Assembly: GCA_009914755.4 (NCBI GenBank)
Contig: CP068257.2
Span: 2,880,001-2,944,000, forward strand
Origin: the human T2T-CHM13v2.0 reference genome, Homo sapiens
Direction of reading: 5' to 3'
DNA length: 64,000 nt
A program made the translations under genes and the position numbers. The notes beneath the pieces were generated by a model that was not told where the DNA came from, searched no databases, and saw only the letters and a program-made list of their open reading frames with translations. Positions 26,400 to 39,789 of the stretch are shown piece by piece. How positions within the stretch are numbered: position 1 is the stretch's first letter; each line of letters starts with the position of its first letter.

Positions 26400-29300
26400 A
26401 CCCTGGAAACACCGTTTTCCCCTCCTTCCGGAAAGAGCTACTCACACTGCTCAAAGCCTACATTTACATGTACCATGTCGAAGACCAGCTCAAGAACCTG
26501 GACCCATATGCCACCTTCAGCAGGGTTGACTGCAGCTGCTTGTTCTTCCTGAGCATCTTCTCCAATGGTGACCTGAGAGTTGCGGGAGGCATTGGGGCCA
26601 GGATTGAACAGAGGAAAAAGGAGCACGGAGGCCAGGTGCTGAGGACCAGGCCATCTCACCTGGAGAGTTCTGGCCCTGAGACATCCAGACCAGCATGACG
26701 TTTAGGTGCAGACAGCTGGCCCTGGGTGGCCCTGTGCTGATCACCGGCCTCGGCCCCTCAAACAGTGAGAAATGGAAGAATGGCTTGGAAATGGGCACTG
26801 TCGACAGTGTGTCACCTGAGCACATTCTCCCAGGGGCCCAAGAGGGGCCATCGTGTCTCTAGAACCAGAACTGGAAGGTGAAACTGCCAGGGGGAACAAG
26901 GAAGAGGGTCCTCAGTTGGGTGGAGGGTCTCACAGCAAGACGCCTGGCTTAATCAAGCTTGGCCATTCCTGAAGCACGTTCAGTGACTAAAAGTGCCTAC
27001 CATGAGCAGCTGGAACACACTCTCTGAGAGCTGCAAGATGCATGGAGACCTCAAGTACCTGTTTGTAATTACAGCCAAGGACCAGCAGGCAGCATTACCG
27101 CATCCACATGGGCTTTTGCTGGAAACAGTAAGTCTCTGCCAGCCCCTCCCAGGCTCCTGGGATGCCACTTGTTCTGGGTCTGTGGACAGATAACCAGGAC
27201 ACTTACTCAGTGAAGCCCATCGTTCAACCCCAGCCCCACCATACCCTGTCTCCTAAGCCATTCCTCATCCCAGAAGGAAAGGCAATGCCTTTGTCCCACA
27301 GCCCCTGCCTTGTGTCATGTCATGTGGGGGTATGGAATGAACCCGTCAGCCTAAACTCCAGTCCTTCTGCCTGAGGAATCTGTCCCCGCTGTCTGAGTCG
27401 CCCTCTAGGGAGCTGTCAGTGGGATAGAGAGCAGCCCTGGAAGAGAGGCCCACCTTCTTCTGTTTGACTTCAGGACAGCCTTTCAGGGCAAGAACCCAGA
27501 GCAGATGGAGGCCTCACAGAAGCCTGTGGCAGGGCTCTGGGCTTCGTGGGCTAAGCATCTCCCTCTCTGATGACTGCCATGGGGCCCACAACCACTCATT
27601 CAAGAGGGTCACCACCACATTGCAGGTGTGCAGCTGGACGGTTCCCCAGGCAGAGCCTGCCATGGACTGCATGCACAGAGACGATGCACACCTTGAAGTT
27701 GGACAATGAGGAGAACATTCCTGAAGAGGTGCATGCAGCCTGGCCCTGCCCTCACTGGGAACCCCCTTCCATCTGGGTACTAGACAGAATTCTGTGCACT
27801 TTTCTGGAGGCTCCATGCTGGTCTGTTCATTTGGAAGTTTGATGCTGTCCGTGAGGAAGTAACAAAAGAGATATCTCAGAGCCGGTTGTTTGTCACAGGC
27901 TGAGCGATTTTCTCCCTCCCTAATCCCTCTGCAGACACGGGGCTGGAACAAGGACCTATGGATAATGAGGGAATTTCTCTTCGAGAACCTGCCTGAGCTG
28001 CTGCTTCAAGAAAGAGCCACATTAAAGGTGCCTATAGCCCCTGATGAGGGAATGGCAGCCTCAGGCCTGCCTGCCATCTGTGAGCAGGTTTTCTTGCTAA
28101 CAGGATGAAAGCAAAGAAAGCTGGAATGAGCCCAGCCCTCTCAGGCACCTTGAAGACCGTTGGGGTTCCTTCCAGCCCTTCTAGCCTTATGCTTTTTGGC
28201 AGGCCACTCAGGCACCTTTTTCCAGCCTCTGAGACTTCCATGCTCTGGAAGAAGAGGGTCCCACTTTTCACTAGGCTATGGGGCCAGGCCCATCCAGCTC
28301 CCGGCTGCCACTAACAACCATGGGGCTCTCACCTGGGCACACACTGCCCAAACATGGCCCTTCTAAGGCAGAAGATCATGTGTCTTGCAGTTTCAGCTTG
28401 CTAGGGCTTAAAAGTTATCAGTGCTGTTATTAAGATAGGGAAGTGAGAAAGGAAAACTTGCTGTAAAAGTTTCCCATAATCTTACCACGGAGATCATCAG
28501 CACAGATGACAGCACAGGCAGGGCTGCTGGGGAGGCTGAGGGAGAGTGTCCAGCCTGTTCTGCCAGCTGGTCCTTGCCAGGGGTGTCTCGTGACCCAGTC
28601 CCTTAGAGAAGCATGCAGATATCTCAGCAAGTATCTGGAAGGTGTAGATCAGGGCAACCCAGCACTACTGATGGTGGAGTGGGGCTACCTCCCATCAAGC
28701 TGTGTCTCCACAGCTGACCCTTGTAACCCGGAGGTGTTTTACAACATGTGCAAGGCAATGAGCCCCATCAGCTGTGTGGCATTCAACACTCACTTCAACT
28801 CGTACATCTCACCAGAAAGCAGTGGGGACTGACCAGTGCAGAAGCCTGCAAAGTAGATCAGAGCATCATGGGGTGGGGGATGTGGAGCCTGCCTGCTCAT
28901 CTGAGCACTTCTCCCTGAGGGTGTGATCTGCAGGATTCCTGAAGGAGGGCTGTGAGCTCATCAGGGAGGCCCTGAGCCTGTGGAACATGCCTGAGGCCAA
29001 GCCCATGGGGATTTGTGTCTACTTGCACCTCCTTGCTCATCTCAGTACACTACAGGTGACTGTGCCGAGGTGGGCCTTGAGCATCCCCTGGGCTGTGTCA
29101 GCAAAGGGCTCTGGGTCTGGCCTGGCATTGAGGGATGGCAAATAAGGGGCCTGGGGTTGCATTGTCACCCCCTATGGTAGCATAAAATGAGAGAGTCCAG
29201 ACCTGCAGGACTGGAACCCTAACAAAGGGGTTAGGAGACTGCTCACTTTCCCTCAGGGACCCATGTGGAGGAGCTGAGGGAGGTTAAGGAGACCCTAGGG

Positions 29301-29501
29301 ACTCACTTGTTCTGTCTGGGCTTCCCCCTGCTCCATCGTTTGATGACCATTTTTTGGGAAGAGCTCAGGAACCTCCTGTGCTCTAGTGAGACGGGGCCTC
29401 CCCTCACAGGGTATTCTGAGACTGTGAGTGAGAAGCTAACACAGTGCCTTGCAATACTCACGGGAGCTGTCATCCTCTGTGACCATCACGTGGCCTTGTA
29501 G
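26400..29501 (+). pseudogene. GC-rich unique block with successive protein-like plus-strand ORF fragments (for example 26468-26698, 27890-28108, 28506-28832, 29265-29501). A candidate degenerate retrocopy or exon cluster of an unidentified gene.
   Basis: The region is repeat-free for about 4 kb. The ORF fragments show varied, protein-like composition, for example ...NLPELLLQERATLKVPIAPDEGMAASGLPAICEQVF... and ...KETLGTHLFCLGFPLLHRLMTIFWEELRNLL.... The minus strand also carries long ORFs, which is expected in GC-rich DNA, so evidence for coding is weak. I do not recognise a parent gene. Confidence 0.25.
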
Positions 29502-30569
29502 TGTTCAGACTGCCTGGCCTGCCTGGGGTTTGGTGAGGCTGTTTTGTGGTCAGCTGCTTTAGAAGCTCACTTTCTCTGCAATCAAACAGTGACTGTTTTC
29601 ATGTCTGTTTATGGGTTTAAAAAATCCTAATATTTCCTTTATAGTAGTTCACCTTGTATGTGTTTATTTGTATAAATTTTATTAGAGTAAAGAGAGCTTA
29701 AGACAATAGCATTTTAAGGTCTTAATGGGGCATAGACTTTCATGTCACAACAGCTAATGTTGACCTCCTTTTGCTGCCTTTGTGTAAATTACACATAAAA
29801 AGTGCAACCAGAGGTGACTAGAGCTGAGCTTCTTGGGCTTGCTTGCTGGCCTGCAGTCAGGTGGACTCTGGCTGTGAGGCAGTGCCCACCCTGGATCTAC
29901 ATCCCCCACTCTCTCTCCTTAGTCCCTGAGTAACCAACAAGGCCGTGCTAATGAGAGGGCGAGTGATGGGCATCGGGCACCCCAATACTATCCGGGAAGA
30001 TTTGAATGCCATCTGGGCTGGAGCTGTTGGGATTACGGGCTGTGGCTGTCTTGGCTTGTCATGGTGCCACCCACAGATGTGCCTGCCCTGTGCTGCTTCG
30101 CCAGGAGCCGGCTGCCCATGGCCCTGAGCCTGTCACACCATGCTTGCTACCTCATGCTGCTTGTGTTTGAAAAACCCATCCCGAGATGACGCTGCTGGAT
30201 GTAAGTCCTGAAAAGAGGGCATCACCTTTGTCCTGGGGGATTAGGAGCTGACCAGATTACTCTTGACTCCCTCCCAGAACAAGTGGGGCAGGTGCTGCAA
30301 TTAATGTTGCCCCCCAGAAGATGTGTTTGCACTGGCTGAGCAAATATACGATGCAGAGACCTAAATGAAGACACGTGAATGGGGTGTGTGGACATCAGTT
30401 AGTAGCTGGGAAACAGGTGCCTCTCAGGCCTCTCGTGCTCCAGCAAGTGTGGAATATGCCTGTGCCCATGAGTGTAGACATCTGGAGTGTATACATTTGG
30501 CTGCTGCTTTTGCTGCCACTATTCCCAGGCCCAACCTGGCTTAAAGTCCAGGTTTTAAGTAAAAAGTAG

Positions 30570-30690
30570 GAGGCTTTTTGCCACACAGCTACTTGAGAGG
30601 CTGAGGTGAAAGCATCACTGGAGCCTAAGAGATTGAGGCTGCAGTGACCCATGATTCAGCCACTGCACTGACACAGTGAGACCTGCGTGT
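30570..30690 (+). mobile_element. Alu right-arm fragment.
   Basis: gctacttgagaggctgaggtgaaagcatcactggagcctaagagattgaggctgcagtgacccatgattcagccactgcactg. Confidence 0.7.
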
Positions 30691-32454
30691 GCCTTTCTAC
30701 AGAGAATACCTCTGGGGCATTTGGGGATCCCTACAGTCCCGGACCCTCCCTGTCCCCTGCTGCCTGTGCTTCTTCCCTTGCCTGCTGTCAGAGCCTAACA
30801 TGGAGGAGGAGGTTGCCGCCCTGTGAGCCTGAGGGAGCTGTGTCTGACTGGAACTTCTGTCTGGGGTTTTGCGAAGACCTACTTATGAATATGGTCTGTC
30901 CAGATACCTTGTTTCAAAGGAAGTGAACATGAGCTAGCAAGTGTAGCCACCCCACAGCTGATAAACAACTTTGTCTTGTTTTTAAATCATCAATCTTCAT
31001 TTCACATTGGAATAAAGTAAGTGAAACCTGCTACCCCAGCCTCTCCCGTGTGTTCTGTAGCCCAGACTCATGTGGTTGTGTGGGCTGTTGTCAGAAATGT
31101 TATTAAAAGGTTATGCATAAATTAGATCAAATATAAAATTATGCTTATAATGTCACTTGATTGGGAGGTAAGAGGGTAGAGTCACAGGAAATCTGTTGGG
31201 GTTTACACCCCTGCTACTTACCAAGCTCATAAGAGTGTGGCACTGGTGACCATCACCTGACATTGGTGACAGAAGAGAAAAGGCCGAAGTGAAGGCCAGG
31301 TAGGAGAGAGGTGCCACGCTGTGGGGCCAGGCCCTGCGCATGCTGGGCCTGTTAGGTCACTGAACATCTAACTACCCGGGAACCAGCTCTTTTCACATCA
31401 TTTGAGGTAAGACGATGGGGGAGAACTCTCCAGAAGTCACACTGCGCTGGGAGAATGGAGGAGAGTCTACATCCCGCCTTCTTAGGGTAGGTTTTAGATT
31501 GAGCTGGACTGTCTTGGAGAGCTAATGAGATGGGAGGAAGACAGTCCCCCAGGTGCACCTGACAGCCAGAGCCTATGAAGTTAGGGGGGTTGTGTGGGGG
31601 TGGCCTGTCCCTATAAGAGGAGGAGCTTAAAGCTCTTAAAGCTGGTGGCTGCTGCTCTGCCATCCCTCTACAGAGCAGGCAAGTCCTCAGCTGCACGAAT
31701 ATCTGAATGTCTTTTGGAGTGTTAGAGTCCTCTGTGTCTTAGAAATTTTGAAAAGAAAAACAAATCTCAATTTTAATGTTGATTAGTTTCTCTGAGCCAA
31801 TTGGGAAAAAAAACGTCCTTCACCTCAAAGGTTTAAGTCACACCGAAGGGTAGCCAACAGTGTCTCGGCCACTGAAGCCTCATGCACGCTCTCACTACCA
31901 GTTTGATTTGCAGCCCCATAGTTGTGTTGTACTACATATTCTTTCCTCTGGCCTTGTCCAGTGAACACGGTTCACATGGCTAACACCACTTCTTGAGATG
32001 CGAGCACCATGCAAAGCTGAGAACGGATTGGGTTTTGTGACCATTGTGCCTCCTCCTCACCTGAGAGGCCCATTTTTCCTGGTTGATTCATTAAGTGTAT
32101 TAGTGCTGTCAGTCGCCTCTGGACAATTCCAATGACAAGTGGCTGTTGATTCATAAAGAAAATGAAGGCTTTAGATGTGACACCCTCGTTTTCTCTTGTC
32201 CTTCTCTTAGGTGAAAGATTTTATTTTTTTCAAAAGGCTACATACTGGTATCCTAGCAGGTGGAATGTGAGAACGGGCATTTGTTAGGCTATGGTATCAG
32301 TGTGGATGGGCAATTCTTCAAGATGGAAAACCAAGTCTCACTGAGTTGCTGGAGCCATAGTCACCTTTCTCCACATCCCCCACCATGGGCTTTCACTTTT
32401 CTCCTGTGCTTGAATTTTTTTCACATACAAATTGTTTATACACACACAAACACG

Positions 32455-32715
32455 TCACACTCTGTCAGTGCAGGGGCTGAACCTTGGTTCACTGCAGCCT
32501 CAAACTCTTAGGCTCCAGTGATGCTTTCACCTCAGCCTCTCAAGTAGCTGAGACTACAGGCATGCAAAGCTACGCCCAGACAATTTTTAAATATTTTTCT
32601 AGAGACTGAGCCTACTTATGTTGCGCAGACACGTCTTGAACTCCTGGGATCAAGCGATCATCCCACCTTGGCCACCCAAAGTGTTTAGATTACAGGTCTG
32701 AGCTACCACTCTCAG
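32455..32715 (-). mobile_element. Alu SINE (partial). An additional short Alu tail piece lies at 32760-32810.
   Basis: cactctgtcagtgcaggggctgaaccttggttcactgcagcctcaaactcttaggctccagtgatgc...gattacaggtctgagctaccactc. Confidence 0.8.
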
Positions 32716-34257
32716 CAAAAATATATTTTAAAGAACCGTTACAACCAAATTATGAGTTATGATTATACCACTGCCCTCCAGCCTGGGCACCAGAGCAAGA
32801 CCTTGTATCCAAAAACTAAGCAAAACTAAACAAGAACAAAAAAAAACCTTATAAACAAATTAAATTTTAAGATTATGTCATCTGTGTCCTTCCCTGCCCT
32901 CCAAGCTATCAATGTTAAATATAATGGTTATTGAGAAAATGGTTAGATATTATTAAGAAATTTCTATATATCTTCCAGCTGAGAATAGGTATTCTGATGT
33001 GGCCCAAATATTTTCTCACCACTACCTTCAGGGTCTCAACTAGCAAATCAGGACACCTGCAGAGGACAGTTGGCCGTTTTCAAATAGAAAGAGAAATACC
33101 CCCGTTCATGAGAGTAATCCAGTGATTTTCAAAAAGACAAGTCAGACTGACATGCAGCGCAGTCAGGCCACAATTACCCTGGAATAATCACTTCACACAG
33201 AATGGTTGAGGAGACTTTCTAAGATGAGCAAATTTGGGCAGCATAATCCTTGCTTATTTATTCCCGGCCCCCGCTGCCCGCCTGATTCCTAATGGCCACC
33301 CTACAATGTGGTCAGCAGTGGGATGCAGCGTGGTGACAGAGGGGCTCAGGGATGGGATGAAGGTCTTTCCTGCATTATCAAAATGCAGGTTAAAAAGTTG
33401 TTAAAAAGATGTCCAAATATTCTAATTCCTACTGTTAAATAGCTGCTAAGATGCATTATACAACAGACCCAGGTAAGGGAAGGAGCATGTGCATTTCAAG
33501 TCTCAGCTCACGTCTTAATTAGCTGTGATACTCTGGGCATGTGACCCCAACTATACGAGCCTGTTTGCCTGTCAACCCAAAACAATCCTAAGCAAAAACA
33601 CCAAAGCTTGAGGCATCCTGCTACCCGACTTCAAACTATACTACAAGGCTGCAGTAACCAAAACAGCACAGCACTGATACCAAAACAGATATATAGACCA
33701 ATGGAACAGAACAGAGGCCTCAGTAATAACATCACACATCTACAACCATCTTATCTCTAACAAACCTGACAAAAACAAGCAATGGAGAAAGATTTCCTAC
33801 TTACCAAATGGTGCTGAAAGAACTGGCTAGCCACATTCAGAAAACAGAAATTGTACCCCTTCCTTACACCTTATACAAACATTATCTCAAGACGGATTAA
33901 AGTCTTAAATATAAAACACCAAACCACAAAAACCCTAGAAGAAAACCTAGGCAATACCATTCAGGACATAGGCATGAGCAAAGACTTCAGGAATAAAATA
34001 CCAAAAGCAATCACAACAAAAGCTAAAATTGACAAATGAGATCTAATTAAACTAACGAGCTTCTGCACAGCAAAAGAATGTATCATCAGAGTGACCAGGC
34101 AACCTACAGAATGACAGAAAATTTTTGCACTCTATCCATGTGTCAGAGGTCTAATATCCAGAATCTACAAGGAACTTAAATTCACACACAAACACAAAAA
34201 AAAACATCAAAAAGTGAGTAAAGAATATGAACAGACTATTCTCAAAAGAAGACATTT

Positions 34258-34735
<478 letters not shown>

Positions 34736-35579
34736 TCAAGAAACACACAAAAAGGAAAAAGAAAAAAGCTCATCATCACTGATGATTAGAGAAATGCAAA
34801 TCAAAACCACAATGGGATACCATCTCACACCATTTGGAATGGCAGTTATTAAAATGTCAGGAACAACAGATGCTGGTGAGGCTGTGGAGAAATAGAAACG
34901 CTTTTACACTGCTGGGGGCGGGGGTGTAAATTACTTCAACCATTATGGAAGACAGTGTGGTGATTCCCTAAGTATCTAGAACCAGAAATACCATTTGACC
35001 CAGCAATCTTATTACTGGGTATATACCCAAAGGAATATAAATCATTCTAGCATAAAGACACATGCACTCATATATCTATTGCAACACTGTTTACAATAAC
35101 AAAGACTTGGAACCAACTTAATGCCCATTATTGATAGACTGGAAAAAGAAAATGTGGCACATATACACCGTGAAATAATATTCAGCCATAAAAAGAATGA
35201 GTTCATGTCCTTTGCAGGGACGTGAATGACGCTGGAAACCATTCTCTTCAGCAAACTAACACGGGAACACGAAACAAAACACCATATGTTCTCACTCATA
35301 TGTGGGAGTTGAACAATGAGAACACATGGACACCGGGAACAAAACATCACACACTGGGGCCTGTTAGGGGGTTGAGGTCAAGGGGAGGGAGAAAATTAGG
35401 ACAAATACGTAATGCATATGGGGCTTAAATCCTAGACGTCAGGTTGATAGAAGCAGCAAACCACCATGGCACATGTAAACCTATGTAACAAACCTGCACG
35501 TTCTGCACATGTATTCCAGAACTTAAAGTAAAACAAACTAACAAAAATGCACTAAGGCTGAGGGGGAGTGGGGTAAGGG

Positions 35580-36200
35580 CAGGAGTCAGGCGGGGGTGGG
35601 TGCGTCCTGGAGTTTTATCCAGTCATTGACACCGATGTGGGAACCGCCCAATCAGGCGCGCAGTTGGAGAGGACAGGAGAGGAGGGCGTGCCTTCCGGCG
35701 TTTGGCGGGATCTTTGTCTCCCGCTGGTGCTGGCACAGGAACTTGGGATCCGTCTCCTCTTTCGCCTCCTCCACTTTGGGAGCCCCGGGCTACTCTCTCA
35801 CAGCCCCTGTTGCCCTGTGATCTGTAGGTCCTTGGGGACGCACAGTTAAGATGACAGGACATCCTGGAAGCTGGGAAATGGTGAGTATACGGGGTTCGGC
35901 ATCCCGAGAGGGGAGAGCAGGCTGTGAAACCGGCAGGACCGGCCTCCCCACGGTTAGCTCCGAGTCTCCCGCAGCTTGGCCCTCAGTCCCCTGTGGCTGC
36001 AAGATGGCCGCTGGGCCAGCAGCGAGGACCCCCACGTCCCGTCCGGCCCATCCGGTGCTGTCCCTGGGCAGCGCCCTGCTCTGCGCCCACAGCCATGAGT
36101 ATTTCCCAGATTGTTCAGGGAGGCCTGGTGGGTCATCAGGGAAAATCCGCGACTGGGTGTTTGCGTGGGAGGAGCTGCGGCCCGTGGGGTCCCCAGTCTC
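35580..36200 (+). promoter_or_regulatory. CpG island (about 30 CpGs in about 620 bp), a candidate promoter. It has CCAAT at about 35648 and the YY1-like motif AAGATGGCCGC at 36001-36011. A mini-exon, ATG at 35851 to a GT donor at 35881 (ATGACAGGACATCCTGGAAGCTGGGAAATG|gtgagtat), is also present.
   Basis: High CpG density, visible directly, in an otherwise CpG-poor window. Motifs were read by eye. No gene is assigned. Confidence 0.45.
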
Positions 36201-36989
36201 TCTTGTTAAAAATTAAGGGGAGTCTATGTTAAAACGTTAACCAGTTTATCTGAACAAAGAGTGATTGGTGAAATGGAAAGCACCCAGCCATGATTTCTGG
36301 TCCACCAGAGGGGCATAAAGGAAAGGCTTTCATAAGATGCATGAGAAAGCAGCCCAAATTCAAAAATTGGTTCCAGTTATGTAGTCACCTTATTTGAACT
36401 ATCCAGATGGAAATGTCCTGGTTACATATTCAGAGGTTAATTGCATGTTTGCCATTGGTTAAACGTGCATTTTGTTTCAGGCTAAGATAATGGTTTATAG
36501 GAAATGTATTTGAGTTAGGTTTTAGTTTTTTTTTTTTTTTTAACCTATGAACCCAGGACACTAGAGCCACTTTAGTCTAATTTTCTGCTCTTTAATTATT
36601 TTAACTCTCCAGAGGAGGACTGGTTTTCTCCTGTGTTTTTTTTACTATATGGCAAGTGGAACCTCTAATCGACCACCCTGTTTTTCAGCCTAACTCAGGC
36701 TTGCGGTAAAATTATCAGTTCCCACTTTCTTTGCTGCATTCTCAAATGCAACACAGGAGAACAGCTTTCCCTTGCCAATTTACAATGCTGTTAACTATTT
36801 GTCCTTTATTATACATTTCATTAAAGTTTTCTATTATTGGATTTCTTTCTACTTCTCCCTACAGTTCTGCCCGTATTTTCTTTTTATATTTAGAAGCCTC
36901 CCTTTTGGGTGCATAAATATATATAGCTATATTCACTTGACAAATTAACCTCTATTATTATTGTATGGTAAACTCATTTCATGCTTGTG

Positions 36990-37330
36990 AGAGACATTGC
37001 TAGAAAGTCTATTTTGTCTAATTTAAGCATAACTACCATTGGACTCCTTTGGCTATTATTTGCATGGAATATCATTTTCTATCCTTTCACTTTTAGCCTA
37101 TGCTCTTAATTCATAATTGAGTCTCTTGTAAGCAGCAGATTACGAGGTTTAAAAGTTTCATTTATCCACTCTATCTGCTTTAGTCTCTTTTGACTGTTAT
37201 AACAGAATATCACAGACTGGTAATTAATAAAGAACAGAATTTTATTTGACTCATGATTCTGGAGTCTGGGAAGGTAAAAGAACATGTTACTGGTATCTGT
37301 TGAAGGTCTAGTTGCTGGATAATAACATGG
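36990..37330 (+). mobile_element. MaLR-type (MLT/MST-like) LTR fragment.
   Basis: ...ataacagaatatcacagactggtaattaataaagaacagaattttatttgactcatgattctggagtctgggaag... (compare MaLR ...gactgggtaatttataaagaaaagaggtttaattg...). Confidence 0.4.
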
Positions 37331-37689
37331 CCAAAGATGTGAGGGAGAGAGAGCTTTTTTTTTTTTTAATATATAACAGATCCATTCTTGTTAAAATTAG
37401 CCCATTCCCATAATAAGAACATTAATCCATTCATGAGGGCAGAGTGCTTATAGCTTAATTAATTTTTAAAGGTTCCACCTCTTAATTCTATCACATTGGC
37501 TATTTTATCCTAAATTTTGGAGATGACATTCAGTCTACAGAAGTATCTGTTTAGTAGATAATTTAATCTTTTTATTTGTAAGGTAGTGATAGGTAAGCAG
37601 TTACTATTGTACATTTGTAGTTTTCTGTCCATTTTAAGTTTGCTTCTTTTTTTTCTGGTTCTGTCTTTCCTGTGGTATTGTTCATTTTT

Positions 37690-37915
37690 GTTGAGACAAA
37701 GTTATGCTTTCTTGCTCAGACTGAAGTGCAGTGGCATATCACAGCTCACTGTAGCCTCAATCTCCTGGGCTCAAGCAATCCTCCCCCCTTAGCCACCCAA
37801 GTAGCTTGGACTACAGACACGTACCACAACACCCAAGGAGCTTATGATTCTTCCACCTTGGCCTCCAAAAGTGTTGGAATTATAAGCAGGAGCCACTGTA
37901 TCCAATGTGTAATTT
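37690..37915 (-). mobile_element. Old or partial Alu.
   Basis: agacaaagttatgctttcttgctcagactgaagtgcagtggcatatcacagctcactgtagcctcaatctcctgggctcaagcaatcctcc... Confidence 0.75.
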
Positions 37916-39168
37916 TTGTTGTTTGTGTATGCTTTAATTACTTTCTCTTTTTCTTTACTATGTTTTTTTTTCCCCCAGTGGTTATCATGAGACTTATGTA
38001 AAACCTCTTGTATTTTAATAGTCTAGTTTAAGATGATAACAATTTAGAGTATTCTGAATTTCAGTATGTATTTACCATTTTTAGTGACATTTATACTTTA
38101 GTATTTTTCATATTGTTAGTTAGCATTTCGTCATATCAATGTGAAGATTTCTTCCAGACCATGGCTGGAGAAGGAAAGAAGGTGTGTTTTGCCTGATTCA
38201 GGGACTATAGAGAGAACCAAGTTCTGCAGGCCTGTCACCTAAGTCTCAGATGAGTATGAATTCTCTTGTGTTTTTCACAGATTTTTGCAGTGGCAGGACC
38301 AAGTTCAAACGAGTCATAGCCAAGTCTACAGTAAGATGTGGTAGTATTCTGTTTTGAACCGAGGACCATGATTGGCAAGCTTGCCACTTGGTCAAGTACT
38401 TACCCTCTAAAGATGTCTTCCTTGGTCTTTGCCTCCAGCTGGGTGTCACAAACTCTGAACTGGATTCTAAGGCTTTCATGAATGCACTTATGTTTCCTGT
38501 GGCAGCTGCATTATGTTGTGGGGGATGTGCATGCCGAACCTCCCATTCTGTCGTCTTGCTTATGTTACTCTCCTTTATGTTTCACTTTCTCAAATGAATG
38601 TCAAGCTGGTGATTTTTAGATTCAAAAATTCTAAAATAAATTGCTCAAATTTCCACATTATGTAAGCTATTAATAAAATGTCTTGTAGGTGCTACATATT
38701 CATTAAAATTTTTGGTTGTAATTTTAAGCTCACTGCAGGCAGAATGGAATCATTAACATTTATATTCTTTTTTTTAGTCTGTATCTAAATGATGGTATAT
38801 TTTAATTCCAGATATTTACTTTATACTGCAGTAATGCTCGTCATATTTTGCAAAATTTATGTTGTTCTTTTATTTGGAAATATAAGGCTTTTTTAGCTCC
38901 TGAAATCTATATTATAGTCATATAATTTTATTATGTTTTGTGGTAAGAAGTGCAGCAACATATTGAGAACATAATAAAATTATCCTGTATTTTTAATGAT
39001 TATTTATTAAATTCCTCTCATTACAGCCTGTTATTAATGATTGTAATGTATTTTCTGTATAATTTTACTGCAATTTATTAAATTCTAATGACTTAAATTG
39101 TCTGCTTTTCATGAGTGCACACAGTTGAATGCTGTAGATATCTAAAGAAATATTTTTCGGCCGGTTGT

Positions 39169-39465
39169 GGTGGCTCATGCCTGTATTCCCAGCACCTTGG
39201 GAGGCCAAGGCGGGTGGATCACGAGGTCAGGAGATCGAGACAACCCTGACTAACATGGTGAAACCCCGTCTCTACTAAATATACAAAAAATTAGCCGGGC
39301 ATAGTGGCAGGCGCCTGTATCCCCAGCTACTCAGGAGGCTGAGGCAGGAGAATGGCGTGAACTCAGTGGACAGAGTTTGCAGTGAGCCGAGATCGCGCCA
39401 CTGCACTCCAGCCTGGGCAACAGGGCAAGACTCTGTCTCAAAAAAAAAATAAAAAAAAAAACAAA
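39169..39465 (+). mobile_element. Alu (AluS/Y-like).
   Basis: ggccggttgtggtggctcatgcctgtattcccagcaccttgggaggccaaggcgggtggatcacgaggtcaggagatcgagac...gcactccagcctgggcaacagggcaagactctgtctc followed by poly-A. Confidence 0.9.
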
Positions 39466-39789
39466 ACGGTTATTTTCCATTGTAAATCTATGTTGTATTC
39501 AGGATTTTATGCATGAAAATCTCTCTTCTTATTTTCAATTCCGTGTTATTGTGTTTCTTTTCTTGGGAGTTATGTTTTCTCAGATCAGTTAAATGTATTT
39601 TTATTTTAAAACTTGATATCATCAGTTGAAAGATAATTTTTAGCTCGGTACACTTTATCTCAATGTGATGTTTAATATATGTGTGAATTAGCTGTGTTTG
39701 TTGCTTATAGATATATCTGTATGTTTTTCACTTATGTAAGTATGACATCTTTTTCCTTGTTTTTTTTTTTTTTTTTCAGTTTCAGATAG

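Noticed and set aside
35790-36232. ORFs of 80-121 aa on both strands in 35790-36232.
   Set aside because: They fall in the CpG island, so the high GC content suppresses stop codons. There is no splice or poly-A context beyond the short ATG-GT mini-exon. They are kept only as a regulatory candidate.
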